Shown here piece after piece: positions 50,588-64,000 of a stretch of 64,000 nt of DNA (its first letter is position 1; every line of letters begins with the position of its first letter). Below the pieces are notes generated by a model. It saw only the letters and a list, made by a program, of their open reading frames with translations, was not told the origin of the DNA and searched no databases. The position numbers and the translations under genes are program-made. The DNA comes from Gordius albopunctatus (taxonomy: Eukaryota): the NCBI GenBank assembly GCA_964276515.1, contig OZ193909.1, positions 6,014,001 through 6,078,000 of the forward strand, in the 5' to 3' direction.

Positions 50588-52199
50588 CATACTTATGTTT
50601 ATTATGACGAATTTTATTTTAAAATTAACAGTCTTTCGATTTTTGACGATAAATATTGGACCCATATTTAAGTTTTTACTAATTTATTTTGAAAAAGCTT
50701 AAATGAGATAGTTTCATCTATATTAAAACTTCTAGTATAGATTCGAAGGGGTTGGAATTTATGCAACGGGCTAGATTGGTTCATGTATAAAATTTAAAAT
50801 GCCATATTCAATTTTAATTCATTAGTGTTATTTTTTGATGATTAATTTCCCTATATTTACGCTGCTTATTATATATAAATTGAGTGCTTAAAAGTGTGTC
50901 CTATTATAAGTTCGCATTTTTTCAAGAAACCAAAAATCTCGAAAAAAAGCGTAGTTATGAGAGGATTGATAAATATCTAGTATTGGCAAAACGGTGTTTT
51001 TTAAACTAAAACCATCAAAAATTAATCTACCCCTATCAGCCATCGCCTTGACTCGCCTATGAATTTTTGTAGTCTACTATGTAAGGTATAAATAGCATTG
51101 CCTATTTCGATTTCATCTAAATAACTATCTTACTAGGAATTAAGTACTAGAGATCTGCAATAGGCCGTTTTTAGGAGTTGAGCCCGCCCGTACCCGTTTT
51201 GAAAACTTTAAGGCCCCCCCCCCCGAACCCGTCCGTTAATTTTTTAAGTGCACTTCAAGCCAGGCCCACAACCAACATTGATAGACCTAGACCCGGTTAA
51301 CGAAAATTTTGCATTATTTATCGCTATTTCAATAATATTTATGTTTATTAAATCGGTAGATTTTTTAAGGCTTTTACTATCCGCATCTTAATCCGTAAAA
51401 AGATTAAGATAATTTCTTAATATCTCCAAATATTGTGATTTGTTCAACGTCACTTTTTTAATATAATAACCTGATTGCTTTACACAAAAATCGGGATGTA
51501 AAAAAGTTTGGGCAACGTTGGCACTTATAAAATCAAGAATGCAAAGCGTTAAAGATCTTTGTGTAATTAAATATCCTCATATTCATAGTTGCGCACAAAG
51601 TCCTTTCTAAGTGTAATTTTAATTTTTGAAAATTGTTGGCAGAAGTCAATTAAGATTCAATAAACCCCTAAAATACTAAATTTAATTAATTAGCATCTTA
51701 TATTAGTAAATTTTGAATTTTGTTGTTATAAAATAGGCATCGAATCCCTTTCCTCCCACTTTCTTTATCCAACCGATTAGATATAATGGTTAAAATGTTC
51801 TGAGTATATCAAATGCTATTAATTTGTTTTAAATAGAGAAGCGATTTAAATAAGTTAGATAAAAGGGTAGTCATAATATTAGGAAATAAAAGATGAGCGA
51901 ATTGTTCAATATACCACGAAATGGAAAAAAAGAAATTTCCGAAATATAAATGAATTAATCGAATAAATATAAACACCATTTACACGTCTTTATATAATAC
52001 GTATTATTGACATAATTTGAACTTTTGTTTGAATAAAATTTTAAGTACAACAGATACATTCCCTTCAAAAATTAGTGAGAAAAAATGGGATTAAATGAAC
52101 GGTTTCGACAAATTAAGTTTTTTGTAACTAGCAAAAATACATTACAAGATAATTTGATGGTTAGATTTTAAATCAAATAATAGTTTCAATAGCAATTGG

Positions 52200-52484
52200 A
52201 AAAATACAAATATCTCAGCAATATTATTTTTGTACCAGTAGTAGCCACGACCCTCGGTAATTTAGGTCCCGAAGCCAGCCGATTCCTCAAACAGCAAAAT
52301 TTATAACCTCCATCTCACACGATCCCAAAGAATTTTTCTACATCAAGCAGAAAATCAGCATGGAAATCGTGAAATCTAATACAATCTCAATCCATGCCTC
52401 GATGCCAGCTTATTAATTTTATATATTTTAGCATATAACATACATAATTATTTGGAAATAAACTTTGATTGAATAAAAAAAAAA
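52200..52484 (+). mobile_element. 3' fragment of a second CRE-like element
   Basis: KYKYLSNIIFVPVVATTLGNLGPEASRFLK...YIKQKISMEIVKSNTISIHASMPAY* (with a frameshift) parallels the C-terminus at 36009-36260; followed by AATAAA and an A10 tail. Confidence 0.7.
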
Positions 52485-52715
52485 TTTAAAATAGAATATA
52501 AATTTTTAGGCACGATTTAGTGACCGACCTAAGTTTCCTTTAGTTATGATGATCTAAGCGTTCATTTAAAAGAAATTATATTAGCATTTTGCGTTATCTT
52601 TTAACCGGGCACGAAATAAAAAACATGGAACAAAGAGGTTTAGGCTTTTATTTTTTTTATAAATGTTATTCTCATTGAGATATAAAAATAATTATCAAGA
52701 TTGATATTTTTTAAT

Positions 52716-53500
52716 CAGGCGCGTAGCCAAGGGGGCAGAATGTGGGAGGTTTCTGGCCCCTTGACCAAAATTTGAATTTTTTTTGTTTAATAAAATTAGA
52801 TTAAATGGGTTAAAATATTATAGTTTAGTTGCATAAAAGATTTTAAGACACTTATAAAAGTCTGGAAACATAATATTTACATTCAATTTTTAGAATTATA
52901 ATTTTCCACCATTGATTGTAAATTATGAAGAGAGTTTGTATACAAGATTTTTTCCCCTTTAAAATACCAAATCCTGGTATTTCTAGCAAGTGAATTAGGC
53001 TTTTATTTTATGTTTATATAGTATAGTTATTTTGAATAAAATTGGGCTAGGGAATTCCTTTCTGTTTCAAGTAAAATTGAATTTTGTATAAAGAGTATTT
53101 GGAAATTAGCTAAAACTTGTTTTTTTTTCTAAACACCGTCCATTTAGCTGTAATCCAAAAAATGTCAAATAAACAGATTGAGTGAATGTATTGCTTATTA
53201 ACAACTTGAGCATTTTTTCAGATAAAACTCATATAATTTTGCTTTGGTTTCCGCCATTATTTAATTTTACCTAAATGATAATATTTTTTGCCTGTTGAAT
53301 AAATGCATAAGGTCGATATCCTTTTAAAGGTATAAAAGCGATAGTAAATGGTCTGATTTTAAGAAAAAAATTTTCCAAAGAGCGCCTTGAAGTTTCGCAT
53401 ATATTGTACGCGAAGTTTATTTTTGTTACATTAAAAATAAAAGTGTCGCAATTTTTTTGAATTTTTCTTCCCCCTTGAGAAAATCCTGGCTACGCGCCTG
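52716..53500. mobile_element. Non-autonomous hAT-type element, CAGGCGCGTAGCC family
   Basis: TIR CAGGCGCGTAGCCA / TGGCTACGCGCCTG; perfect 8-bp TSD TTTTTAAT; related single ends at about 1189, 17224 and 41264. Confidence 0.92.
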
Positions 53501-54914
53501 TTTTTAATAGACAAAATGCTTTTGTTAACGAACTCTGACCGAAAACAAAAACATTTTTATGGCTATCTTCACAATAGCATATTAGGGGACGGCTAGCCAG
53601 CTTCTATATTTGTTTACAATAAGATAGGCGGTTTATTCTTCATTTAGGATTCTCAGGGATATTGGCTAAGTATGGATTTTAAAGTTCTTCTGCCTGCAAA
53701 AAGATCACCTTTCTCAAAATAAATGCGTTATAATTTAAAAAAATAAATTAAATATCAAAATAAATTTAGGGAAATATCTTTATTGAAAAAATGGAATTAG
53801 CAAAAAGGACGAAACGAATTAAAGTACATAATTCGTACAATGAATTTTAGTGTGTACACAGTTTTAACTTGATATTATGCTTTTATTATAGTATTTAATA
53901 ATATTTGTGCTATTTTAAATTTTGCCTGAATTAATTTTATCAATTATTTTATGCTTATATTTATTTATGAAGTTAGCTAGATTATAAACATTAGTTCCGA
54001 TTTTAAATATAATTCAAAACACGAAAATATTAGTACAATCTACTCAAAATTATAGTTTGAATGTTTACCGAAAAAAACAACATGTAATGCTTTGAACGTG
54101 TTTATTTGAAATGTATGAAAATTTCGAACTATAACCCTCATTCTCTTTTATTTAATGAATTTGTTAATAATTTTGACGCAAACTATGCTTTTATACGCCA
54201 CATTTGGTACAAATTTAAGTAAATTTTGTTTATGTTGTTCACTTAACTATTAATTTATCAAACAAAATTATATACAGATATTATTCCAAAGTATTTTAAA
54301 TTTTTATATGAGGATGGCTTAATTGCAAGTGGCTACAAGCATTTAAAAACAAAGAATATTACGAAACTTGTGGGCTTGCTTTCACACGAAGGTATCATTT
54401 GTATTTGATAACTTTTTCCTTATTTTCGCAGGAGAATATCTAAATGACTCTTTGATTATTTCATTCAATACTAAAACTTTGCCGAAAAGAAAAGGTTTCA
54501 CCGAACTTGTACTTTTAAATCCAATATCATGTCAATCCATACACGGTAACGACTCTTATGTTGAGGCTAAATTAGGTCTGCCCTATGCTAGAAAGGTAAT
54601 TTCTAGCTAATAATTTTGCCTTAATTTAATCAGATATTAGATAAATTTATTCTCTTTCTTAAAAACTACAAGTTGTGGTATTTATAGTTAGTTCTTCTTA
54701 TTATATCAACTTCTAAAATGATAAATTTTTTAAATAAATAAACTCATCGGTTGGAAAGCTTTTAAAGAAGTAGTTTTGATATAGTTAACCCATTTCGAGA
54801 ATTTTCATTCCTCTGCGATGTTTTAAATTTATCGGTTTTTGAAATATAGTCTCCATTTTAAGCATTGCTTAAGTAAAAACTTGAATTGGGAAAACGAAAA
54901 TTTGTGTTTAGCAC

Positions 54915-55084
54915 CATGGGGGTATCCAAGCCGGGGGGGGCAGGGGGGGGCGGCTGCTCCCCTCGAAAACCAATAATTTGTTGAAATTTATCAAAATTAT
55001 GGCTGAAATTTCAAAAAATGACCATTTTGCCCCTCCCTAAATCATTATTGCCCCTCTCTAATCCCAATGCTGACTACGCCCATG
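54915..55084. mobile_element. CATGGGCG-family MITE
   Basis: TIRs plus TSD TTTAGCAC / TTTAGTAC. Confidence 0.85.
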
Positions 55085-55300
55085 TTTAGTACAAAGAACT
55101 GCATAAAAAATTTGTGACCCTTTCCCGGTAGATTTTTTTATACATTAGGGCTCATGAATGACCTGATACTTGAGGCCTGCAGGGGTGACCCGAAATTCGA
55201 CTCAAAAGGTCGGGTCGGGTTCGGGTGGAAATTTTTAAAATGCTTTCGGGTCGGGTCGGATTGAGATTAAAAATTTTAAATGCCTTTGAGTAATATAACT

Positions 55301-56428
55301 TTTTGACCGTGTCCTGGCTACTGACCAATGAAAAAAGGACCATTGGCCAAATTGTTAATCGAAATTTTTTCTCTCGTTTTTTGAATGGCTATATTAGGTT
55401 AACATTGATAATTACCCTATGCCCCCCCCTACAAGGGCCTATGCATCTACTGTCCCTGTGCCCCTACAAAAGCCTATGCCTCTATTAATGTGGGTTCGAA
55501 TCCCGGAGAGGGTATATTGTTCTTGTTAATACCATTGATAATATGACTTTTTGACCGTGTCCTGGCTACTGTCCAATGAATAAAATGACCAGTGGCCAAA
55601 TTGTGAATCGAAATCTTTTTTTTTGTTTTTTTCGTCTCTTATGTATTTACATCCTTTTGACCGTGTCATGGCTACTGACCAATGGAAAAAATGACCATTG
55701 GCCAAAGTGTATCAATTTTTTTCCATATTTTAAATATAGGCTATTTGGCCGTTTGCTGGCTACTGACCAATAAAAAAAATGACCACTGGCCAAAGTGAGA
55801 TAAAAATCAAATTTTTTCTCTCGCTTATAATTATTGGCCAGTATTTGGGAGTCTGCTGGTTACTGACCAATGGAAAAAATCACCTTTGTCCAAAGTGAGA
55901 TTAAAATCGATTTTTTTTCTAAATTGGAATTATAGGCTAGTTATTTGGCTGTCTGCTAACCATTAGAAAAAATGACCACTGGCCAAAGAGATGGAAAAAA
56001 TGACCAATGGCCAAGGTCTGATTGGAAAATTTGTTCGTTTTTTTAATATCTTGTTTATACTATACATATGCGCATGATTTGAATAGAGTCTATAGTCATA
56101 ATTCAAATTATGGGTCGTCTACACTAAATTGTTTAAATTTATACAGTATCAAAAAAAACCTCTAAATTGAAAGTTATATGTTTTGGAAGGATGACTATTG
56201 GCTTTTCTAAAGTCATATCCTCTATTTGCGTTCCTTTTGTCCTTTTGATTAATTTAGAAGTTGATAATTAAGAAGTAAGAACGAATTAAAGAAAACCTAT
56301 TTCTCAATAATAGCAGGTTTTACAAAAATTTAACTTTTTAAATATTTGTATAAATAATTAATTAATCATTTTGCATTTTATACCCCGCTATTCTCGCCCA
56401 TAAATTGCATAGCAAATATGCTACGTTT
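55301..56428 (+). mobile_element. Helentron/DINE-1-like element, 3' part
   Basis: Same tandem units as 44470-45400, ending in the inverted subterminal repeat GCCCATAAATTGCATAGCAA (56396-56415) overlapping a TAGCA-AATA-TGCTA hairpin. Confidence 0.6.
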
Positions 56429-57812
56429 ATACGGACGGAGTATAGATGAGTTTCGTTCCCCCTTCCCTTCCCCCTTCCGGGTTATCTTAAGCTTTCAATA
56501 TTCCGTTAATGTCTATACAAAATTATATTAAATTTTATCTACGTAAAAATTCTTAATGAGCGTGGAAAGAATTATATATTGTACTCTCAATTTACCTAAA
56601 ACAGATCAAAACTATTGACCTGAAAATGACTTTGAGTGCCTTGAATTGCTCGAGCAAAAGATTTCTCAACTTTGCCATCGATTCGAGGTTACTGGAAAAA
56701 AGTTATGGAATTAAACACAAGAATAGAAGCTCGATTTGGGGTGCCATTATAAGGTTACTAACGTGGGATACAAGCCAAAATAAATATGCTGTAGTACCGA
56801 ACCCTTTCAAAGGCACTGGTGATATATCAACGAACTATGAGCCGCTAATCGTCGACTACACCATTGGAAATATAAACAGGTCATAATAGTTTCTATTTTT
56901 CATATATTAAAATTTAAAAATACTCCTGTTTTACTGCCTAAATAACTTGGTGATATTAAGGGATCGACCCATTAACTTGTAATTTAATTGTTTTCAAGAG
57001 CCTTGGATTATGAAAGATTAAATAAGACCTTTGTTCCAAAATGTGTGGTGAAAGATTTTTTAAACAAATTGAATAATAGAAATGTAAGTAGAAGGGAAAG
57101 AATTTTGTTGCCAAAAATACAGATCAACTCACGTGTTCGTAAGAGACATAAATTATATTATATAATTCAATATTAGCACATAATTGTTTCACCTAATAAT
57201 TGTAAAGAGTTTGATTTTTACAATATTCTTTTAAATATAGGTAAATGTAAAAAGTCAAAAGTAAAGAAGACAGAATATACACCCAAAACACTTCAACGTC
57301 AACATGCAGATCCTACAATTTCTCAAACACAATGTATCTTTAATGGCAGGCAACCCATTTTAACATTTAGCCAACGCGACAAAATGTTTCGATTGTACAT
57401 TGTGACAATCGAGGGAAAAAAGAGAAATGTCCCAAATTAAAGAATATAAATTTTAAACATCTCCTATTTCACTTATCTTAGTAATAACTATTTCCTTTTG
57501 AATAAAATCTAATTATAATCTTTCAAGCGCCGTGTGATATTTAAAACTAAAGAACATCTTCTACCAATATATTTATCAAAATGATTACGAGCACAGGTTT
57601 AAATAATGTACCTAAAATTATGTAAAAGAACATACCTTAATTTATATTAATTAATTAAATTTTAAATTTAAGGATATTAATGATAGAAAGTTCCTACCAA
57701 TTCAAAATTAATTTGTGTGCAATTAAAAATATAAAATTTGATTTATAACTACTAAAAAGAGATTGAGGAGCGAGTTGTTTATACACTACCTATTTCGCAA
57801 TATCCTATTTAA

Positions 57813-58425
57813 CCCTCGAGAGCATTCGTGGAGTACCACGGACCCCACGATAGTTAGAAACTTAAATATAAAACGCATTTAAAAGCGAATTGATCTGGCC
57901 TTTTCAGTAACCTCTATACTTTACGAAGAACTAAGTTTGAGAAAAATTTTATAACTTTTAGCCCACTACTTTTTAAAATATAGCATCTTTTTGGCCACAG
58001 GTGTCCTGTGTACCTCACGAATGCTCTCACGTAAGTTTTCTTCTGTTGGGAAAAATGTGTATTTTTTTGTTTGATAATATCTTTTACAATTTGTGTTTTT
58101 AATACATTTTGAACATTATTTTAATAAAAAATCACGTTTATTTTGATTTATTTTAAGGTATATGATGTCAAGAGGTAAAATAAGGGAAGGCTCTAAAATT
58201 ACCAAAATAAAAATGGGGGACCAGAAAATCGTTAATAAGTTTTGTAATGTTGATTAGATTCATATCAAAATTTATACCATCAATCTTAAGACCTTTATAA
58301 ACACATGTTTAAAATTTGAAAGTTCTAAAAAGAATACTTTAAAAGTTTTAAGAAGTTAAAAAATGGGGTCAAATATACACCACGCATGCTCTTGCGTTTG
58401 GGATTTTCAGGAATGCTCTCGAGGG
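57813..58425. mobile_element. Non-autonomous piggyBac-type element
   Basis: TTAA on both sides; perfect 15-bp TIR CCCTCGAGAGCATTC / GAATGCTCTCGAGGG. Confidence 0.92.
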
Positions 58426-58635
58426 TTAAATAATTTTTCCTAAGTATATTCTTAAAATATATCATCTAATTATGCAGTCATGGGTGGCAATAATGATATC
58501 GCCTGGTAACTTTTTTTAATAATTATATAAAATCTTGAAAAATTTTTGGATTTAGGGGGGGGGGGCAGCGGCCCATCCCTGTCGCCACCTGACTACGTCT
58601 ATGGATGCAGTGATTGTACGAATGATTGTGCTAAC

Positions 58636-58812
58636 TAGTGTTGTAAAAACGGCTGGGATTTTAACTAAGGCTCTGGTCTGTTTATCAAATTTCGACTAAG
58701 CCAAGTGATCGACTAAGAAAAGCAGAACCAAAAATCTTTCGTCTGCCTATGTTTAATCGACTAATACCAAAAGTCGACCATACAAAACCCCTTAGCCGTT
58801 TGTACAACGCTA
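58636..58812. mobile_element. MITE, TAGTGTTGTAAAAACGGC family
   Basis: Imperfect TIR ...GCCGTTTGTACAACGCTA; TSD GTGCTAAC / CTGTTAAC; related start at about 19127. Confidence 0.7.
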
Positions 58813-58874
58813 CTGTTAACTACATGAATGAGAGATCTTCACCAAAGAACCTCACATGCTGTCCACTTTAAAAA

Positions 58875-60045
58875 GAAATTTCGCCCTCACCGAGATTCGA
58901 ACTCACATTAGTAGAGGCGTAGTCCCTTGTAGGGGGGGGGGCTGTTGCCACTGGGAAGGCGGAGAAATGTCATTGTAGGTTAAATTGAGGTAAATGCAAC
59001 AGGCGTTCAAATAGGCGTCAAAAAAACGGAAAAAAATTTCGGTTTACACTTTGGCCAATGGTCATTTTTTCCTTTGGTCAATAGCCAGCGGAGGGCAAAA
59101 AAGCCTATTTTATCAATGTTATTAACAAGAATTATTATCAATGTTAGGTTAATAAAAAAAACTCATATCAGCCTTGTAGGGGGCGGCACAGGATATGGTA
59201 CTCAGGATCAGAGACCAGATTGCCTGGCCCGGGCAACTGTCTTAAATATTTATTTTCGGGCGGGCGGCACGAAGATAGGATTCGAGCAATTCGGGCTTAA
59301 TAAGATTTTTTAAATAGTGTATTATTTTGTTACTTTTTATTTTATTGCATATGAAAATGCTAAAAAAGTTAAGAAACTTGATTTCGCCATCACAAGTCGC
59401 TTTCGCTAAGTTACTACTTATTTTCATGATAAAAAATTTCTATACCTTTCTTTTTTGCTTCAAGTTAAAAAAATTATCCATAAATTGCATTTAAATTCTA
59501 TTGATAAATTATTGTCTTTTTATCAAAAAAGTAAGTTTTAACAGAGCACAGATTGACTAATTGAACTAATTTTATTCATTAAGAAGTTTATTTATGGTTA
59601 GGGCAAAGGGGTTAACTCAAAAGGAGAGTATAATTTTTTTATTGTAATATTATTTATTAAATATGTAAACTTTAAACTTAATTAAAAAATTGCTACATAA
59701 ATATTTTCATGAACTTGTTTTATTAAATATGCCATTAATTTAATGCTTATTTTTTAATTGTGGTTAAAAGAATTTGAGATCGCAAAATTTGGGGCCTAAC
59801 AGGCAATTTTAATATTTCGGGCCGGGCAGCTTTAATGTTTCGGGCGGGCACCTAGAAGGTTCGGGAGGGCAATCAAGTTAAAAAATTGAACCGGGCCGGG
59901 TTCGGGCATAAAATTCCTAACAAATCGGACCTCTGCTCAGGATCATAATCGGATTCCAAGCAAAAAAAACGTGACGGTGCGTCACACGTTCGGTGCGTGA
60001 CAGTAAACAAATGGAAAGTCAGCCCATAAATTGCATAGCAATTAA
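58875..60045 (-). mobile_element. Helentron/DINE-1-like element in reverse orientation, interrupted by a hAT-type MITE
   Basis: 60022-60045 is the exact reverse complement of 44268-44291; 58880-59190 carries the tandem unit and B-box-like motif reversed. Confidence 0.6.
59209..59935. mobile_element. Non-autonomous hAT-type element (CAGAG...CTCTG)
   Basis: Perfect 8-bp TSD CTCAGGAT (59201-59208, 59936-59943); imperfect TIR; CGGGC subterminal repeats. Confidence 0.85.
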
Positions 60046-61795
60046 TAAAAGCATCAAACATTGATTCAATCGACTGTCCCTTTCTTGAGCATCTGTTTCC
60101 CATAGCTTATTCTCTCTTAAAAAACACTATGCTAATTTGCATTAAGCCTAGTCTGTTTCACGCCATAGAAAAGAAGTTAAAAAATGGGGGCAAAATTAAG
60201 CAACTAAAATGCGCAACGACACAATGCATTTAAAGCATCGGACGACTTGGAACTTGAGTCATTTACTCGCACCGGGAACCACACAAAAGATTTATTAGAT
60301 AGCACGTTCTGCCACTCTTCAAACAACCTACTTTTAAATCTATGGCAGGAGGCCGTACCAAGCATAAACCTTGGTTTACAATTTCTTTAGCATGAAACTA
60401 GTGACGCAAGCAGGATTGCCTCGGAGAGGGGGTTTTAAAAATGTTTATAAATAATAGTATTAAACATTATTTCACTATGATTATATACATGGGTGCCGTA
60501 CGTAGGATTAATCAAGGGGAGGTGGTGTTATTTGTGTCAAAAACGGGCTCAGCAGTTCTTACAATTAATGCTTCACTTAATTGCTGCATTTATTTCAGAC
60601 TTTCTTTTCAATTCATCTGATATAAAGATTAATTTTAAAGTTCTTATTAAAAGACTACAAATTAATTTAATGGCTCCCTTAATTGTCCACATTAACACTA
60701 AAAAATATTTAAATTTGCCATTTCTTATGCAATTACCTCCTTTAGTAAAATGAGAATTTATAAAGCATACAAAACAATAAGACTTGGAATCTAGTTACAT
60801 TCATTTCCACCCGCCTCCTTCCATGATTATTGGATTGGATTTCTTAGACTAAATATTAGTAGTGTCATAACCGTTGCACCATTGTATTTAATCTAAAATT
60901 AAACGAAAGGCTTAACTCTAAAACAACTTTCGCAACTGTATTTAATATTATTTACCTGGAATACAAATATGAAAAAACATGTAATGTAAGATAAATATGT
61001 AGTTACGCATGTATGTATATATTTATAAGTACGTATTATATGCTGAAAAATATGAAATGGTAAACGGTGAATGAATGTAAAGCAGATCTTCAGCGAAAAA
61101 TGGGGTTGGGGGCCTGGTAGAGGTGCCTATGATAGTTTGGTGGTAAAAGCAATTATTTCATAAGTTGCAAAGAAGAAAACATGAAATAACGAAACGTTTA
61201 ATTATTATATGTTTCATGAATGCGTGTGTATAAAAATGTATAATTCAAGTGCTTTGTAGGCAAGGGGAGTTGGTAATTAGTGAAGGTGAGTCGTCCGAAG
61301 CGTGAGGAAAACGATGAAGGTGTCAATTAGGGAGGAGCGAAAATAAGATTGGATTTGCCCACCTCCACGGGTATAAATAAGGGTAAGTCAATATAGAATG
61401 GGTGGGCAAAACGAATAGACCGACGAGTACTGCAATAAACAAACAAACAGGGGGACAAATGGTTTCTCACTCTCCCTCACGTTACTGCTAAATAAAGATT
61501 TAAACGGGCTAAAACTACCCCAAACAATGTAAATCATTAATTTTTACTAATGCTAGGCTTGGAAGCAACGACATAACAGCGTACATTTTAGACGTGTGTA
61601 AAGGCCGCCGAAGGATTAATGAGATAAGTTAAGAAATTCATTGTAAGAATGTGTGTACATATTTTAAGAGTGCACGCGTGTGAAAGATGGGTGAAAGGGG
61701 GACAAAATGCAAAAAAACATTTTTATTTCTATGTAGGTTAATGATTTGTGAAGAATGTCTCTTTATCAATCATCTGCCTTCTAAATCCACTATTT

Positions 61796-63959
61796 TCAAA
61801 CGTTCGAATTCCAGGTGTTCCAATTCAGCTAAGCATAGTAAAAAAGGTGTTAATTTTATAAGACTATGAAGGAAACAAAATTTGAACCTTACTTCCTTAA
61901 TTTCATGGCTTTAAAAAACACATGACACCTATATTCAGAAAAAGGACATTTACAGATCGCCAAAACCCTAAAAACATCCCTACAATTTATTTATGAAACT
62001 TTTATAAAATTATGAAAGCTTTGTTTGTTCCCTATATCCATTGGCATCATCCTACAAAATGACCTATCGATAAAAAGTATACCGCGAGACATTTACTAAT
62101 TTAGGATCGAAGGGTGAGTTAGCGGCTGGGGCCCCGGGCATGTTTCCAAAAGAGGGCAAGACTCCGGGTGGGAAGGGAGGTGGTAAGTTTTGTAGGGAAG
62201 AAAAATCGTTCCCACCACTACCCCCACCACCAGCGTTGTTATTACAGGCTGCGTTAGAGGCGAGAGCGGCAACCGCCGCGACCATCTTGAATTGTTCATT
62301 CCACAAGTTGTTGACGTTTAGGGCGGCTGGTGGAGGGTTAGAGCCGTTGAATGCTTGATTGAAGAAGTTGGCGTAATTGGCTGCGTTGTTTGGTATAGAC
62401 ACGTTGCCAGTATCTAAGCCACCTGCATTAAATTAATAATTGAATATTTGTCAAAATTATAATGGGAAAAATATAAAAGAAAGGTGTTAAGGTAGAATAA
62501 AGACTAAGTCTATACAATGAAGAGAACACTGACCAAAATTGAAACCGTTCATAAGACCTGCACCGAGGTTGAGCTGAGATTGAAGCTTGCTGCTTTGGTT
62601 GATGGTAGTGCCATTGTTACCGCCACTACCTAAAGGAGCGCCTACGTTGTTATTCGCGCTGGCGGCGTTGCCGTATCGCAAACCCTGAGCCGGATTAGAT
62701 CCTACCAACTGCTTACTAGCACCTCCCAAGTTTTTTTTGAAACCGGGCGCACTAGTTGCCGTATCATCGAGTCCCAACCCGTTTTCCAAAATGCCGAGTC
62801 CAGCGCCATTGAAATCAGAAGGTCCACCCAAGTTAACTAGACTGTGAGGGTTATTGGATTTGAACGAGGGTGGATATAGCTGGGCGGCTGCAGCTGCAGG
62901 ATTGTTGAGGAAAAAAGCGGCTGCGGCCGCGACGGCGCCCTGGTTATTGTTGTTCTGGTTCTGTTGGTGTTGTTGAAAGAGGGAATTTAAGTTGTTCAAG
63001 AGGTTGTGAGGCGGTGCCCCGAGCGGAGGCGGACCAGAACCGCCTTGAGGAGGAGGAGGAGCCAGAAAAGGTGGTGGCAGGGAATTGAAGAAGGGATGAG
63101 GAGAGTACATGGAAAAATTAGTTGGAGGCATATGAGAATGTTGTTGCGGCTGCTGCTCATGTCCCGTCGGATTATTGAGGGTATGGGGGGGCGGTGGTGG
63201 GGCGAAGAGAGGTGGCAGGGGATGGTTTTGGTTAGGTTTAATATCTTTGAAAGCGGACGCAGCCCCGCCGGGTGTAAGGTTGAGGGGCGCGAAGGAGGAG
63301 TTGAAAGAGGGTAGACCAGTGGCATTATTGGTGTTGTTATTAAATGCGTTGTTGTGGGCTTGTAAATTGGATAGGTTATTATTGATATTGTTTAGGTCGC
63401 TGTTCCCGAGACTGTCGGAGGCAGTCGTGGAGTTATTATCCTTGCCGAACTTCCCGCCCGTCTTTTGAGTGGAGCCAATTTCACCGATTTCATTGTTGTT
63501 GTAGGAGGGAAAGGTGTTGGTACTAGCGTTGTTGAAGAAACCCTGGGAGTTTTGCAAGAAAAATGTTTCAGGGTTGAAGTTGAGGTCGAAATAAACGCCG
63601 CCCCCACTACTAGTCGTGGTAAGGGGGTGAGGGTTCGAGTTTGCGGAGGAAGTGGTAGAACGTCCCAGGGAAAGTAGGGATTGATTGTACCAATCGTTGA
63701 GAGCTGGAGCGTCTGTGAAAATGAATGGTATGATGTGAAAATGAATGGTATGATTAAGAGTCTAATTGCAATATACAATATTAAGGTTTTAGACTCTATT
63801 GCCGCTTACCGGAACCTAAAGACCAGGGGGTGTACTTGTTACCGCCGCCGCCCACACCATTATTATCCATACTATTGGTGTTTTTGTGAGATACACGTTC
63901 GTTGCCGATGGGTGCGGGGTGCTTTTTGGAGGAGGAAACTTTGGCTGACAGCATTAAGT
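61796..63959 (-). CDS. 3' exons of a large gene with an N/P/G/A/Q-rich low-complexity C-terminus; continues beyond the window
   Basis: Phase-consistent exons 63959-63810, 63712-62534, 62422-62097 and a probable terminal exon 61828-61796 (LNWNTWNSNV*). Contains HPAPIGNER. Confidence 0.8.
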
Positions 63960-64000
63960 CTGATCATAAATAAATATACATTTGTATAGATTGAGTAAAA

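Noticed and set aside
56600..57450. Possible decayed coding sequence with Cys-rich end
   Set aside because: Frames are broken and no family could be recognised.
62096..63989. Plus-strand and alternate-frame ORFs over the low-complexity gene
   Set aside because: Explained as shadows of the phase-consistent minus-strand exons.

Overview
Very AT-rich, intron-containing animal (invertebrate-like) genomic DNA, not prokaryotic; the organism cannot be identified from the sequence alone. Host genes reconstructed by hand from GT-AG splice sites: two tandem, divergent class-A-like 7TM receptor paralogs (5.9-11.8 kb, minus), a 13+-exon SLC6 transporter (13.2-20.5 kb, minus), an RRM-like plus extended-Tudor gene largely missed by the ORF track (28.7-31.8 kb, minus), a head-to-head MADF-domain gene truncated by a LINE (32.9-33.2 kb, plus), and the low-complexity 3' end of a large gene (61.8-64 kb, minus). 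The rest is transposon-dense: two copies of an RTE-clade LINE, a decayed CRE-clade element plus a 3' fragment of another, hAT remnants and many 8-bp-TSD MITE families, a piggyBac-type MITE, and Helentron/DINE-1-like elements carrying tRNA-like tandem units. The most striking signal is a twister ribozyme with compensatory base changes whose predicted cleavage site coincides exactly with the 5' end of the full-length RTE copy.
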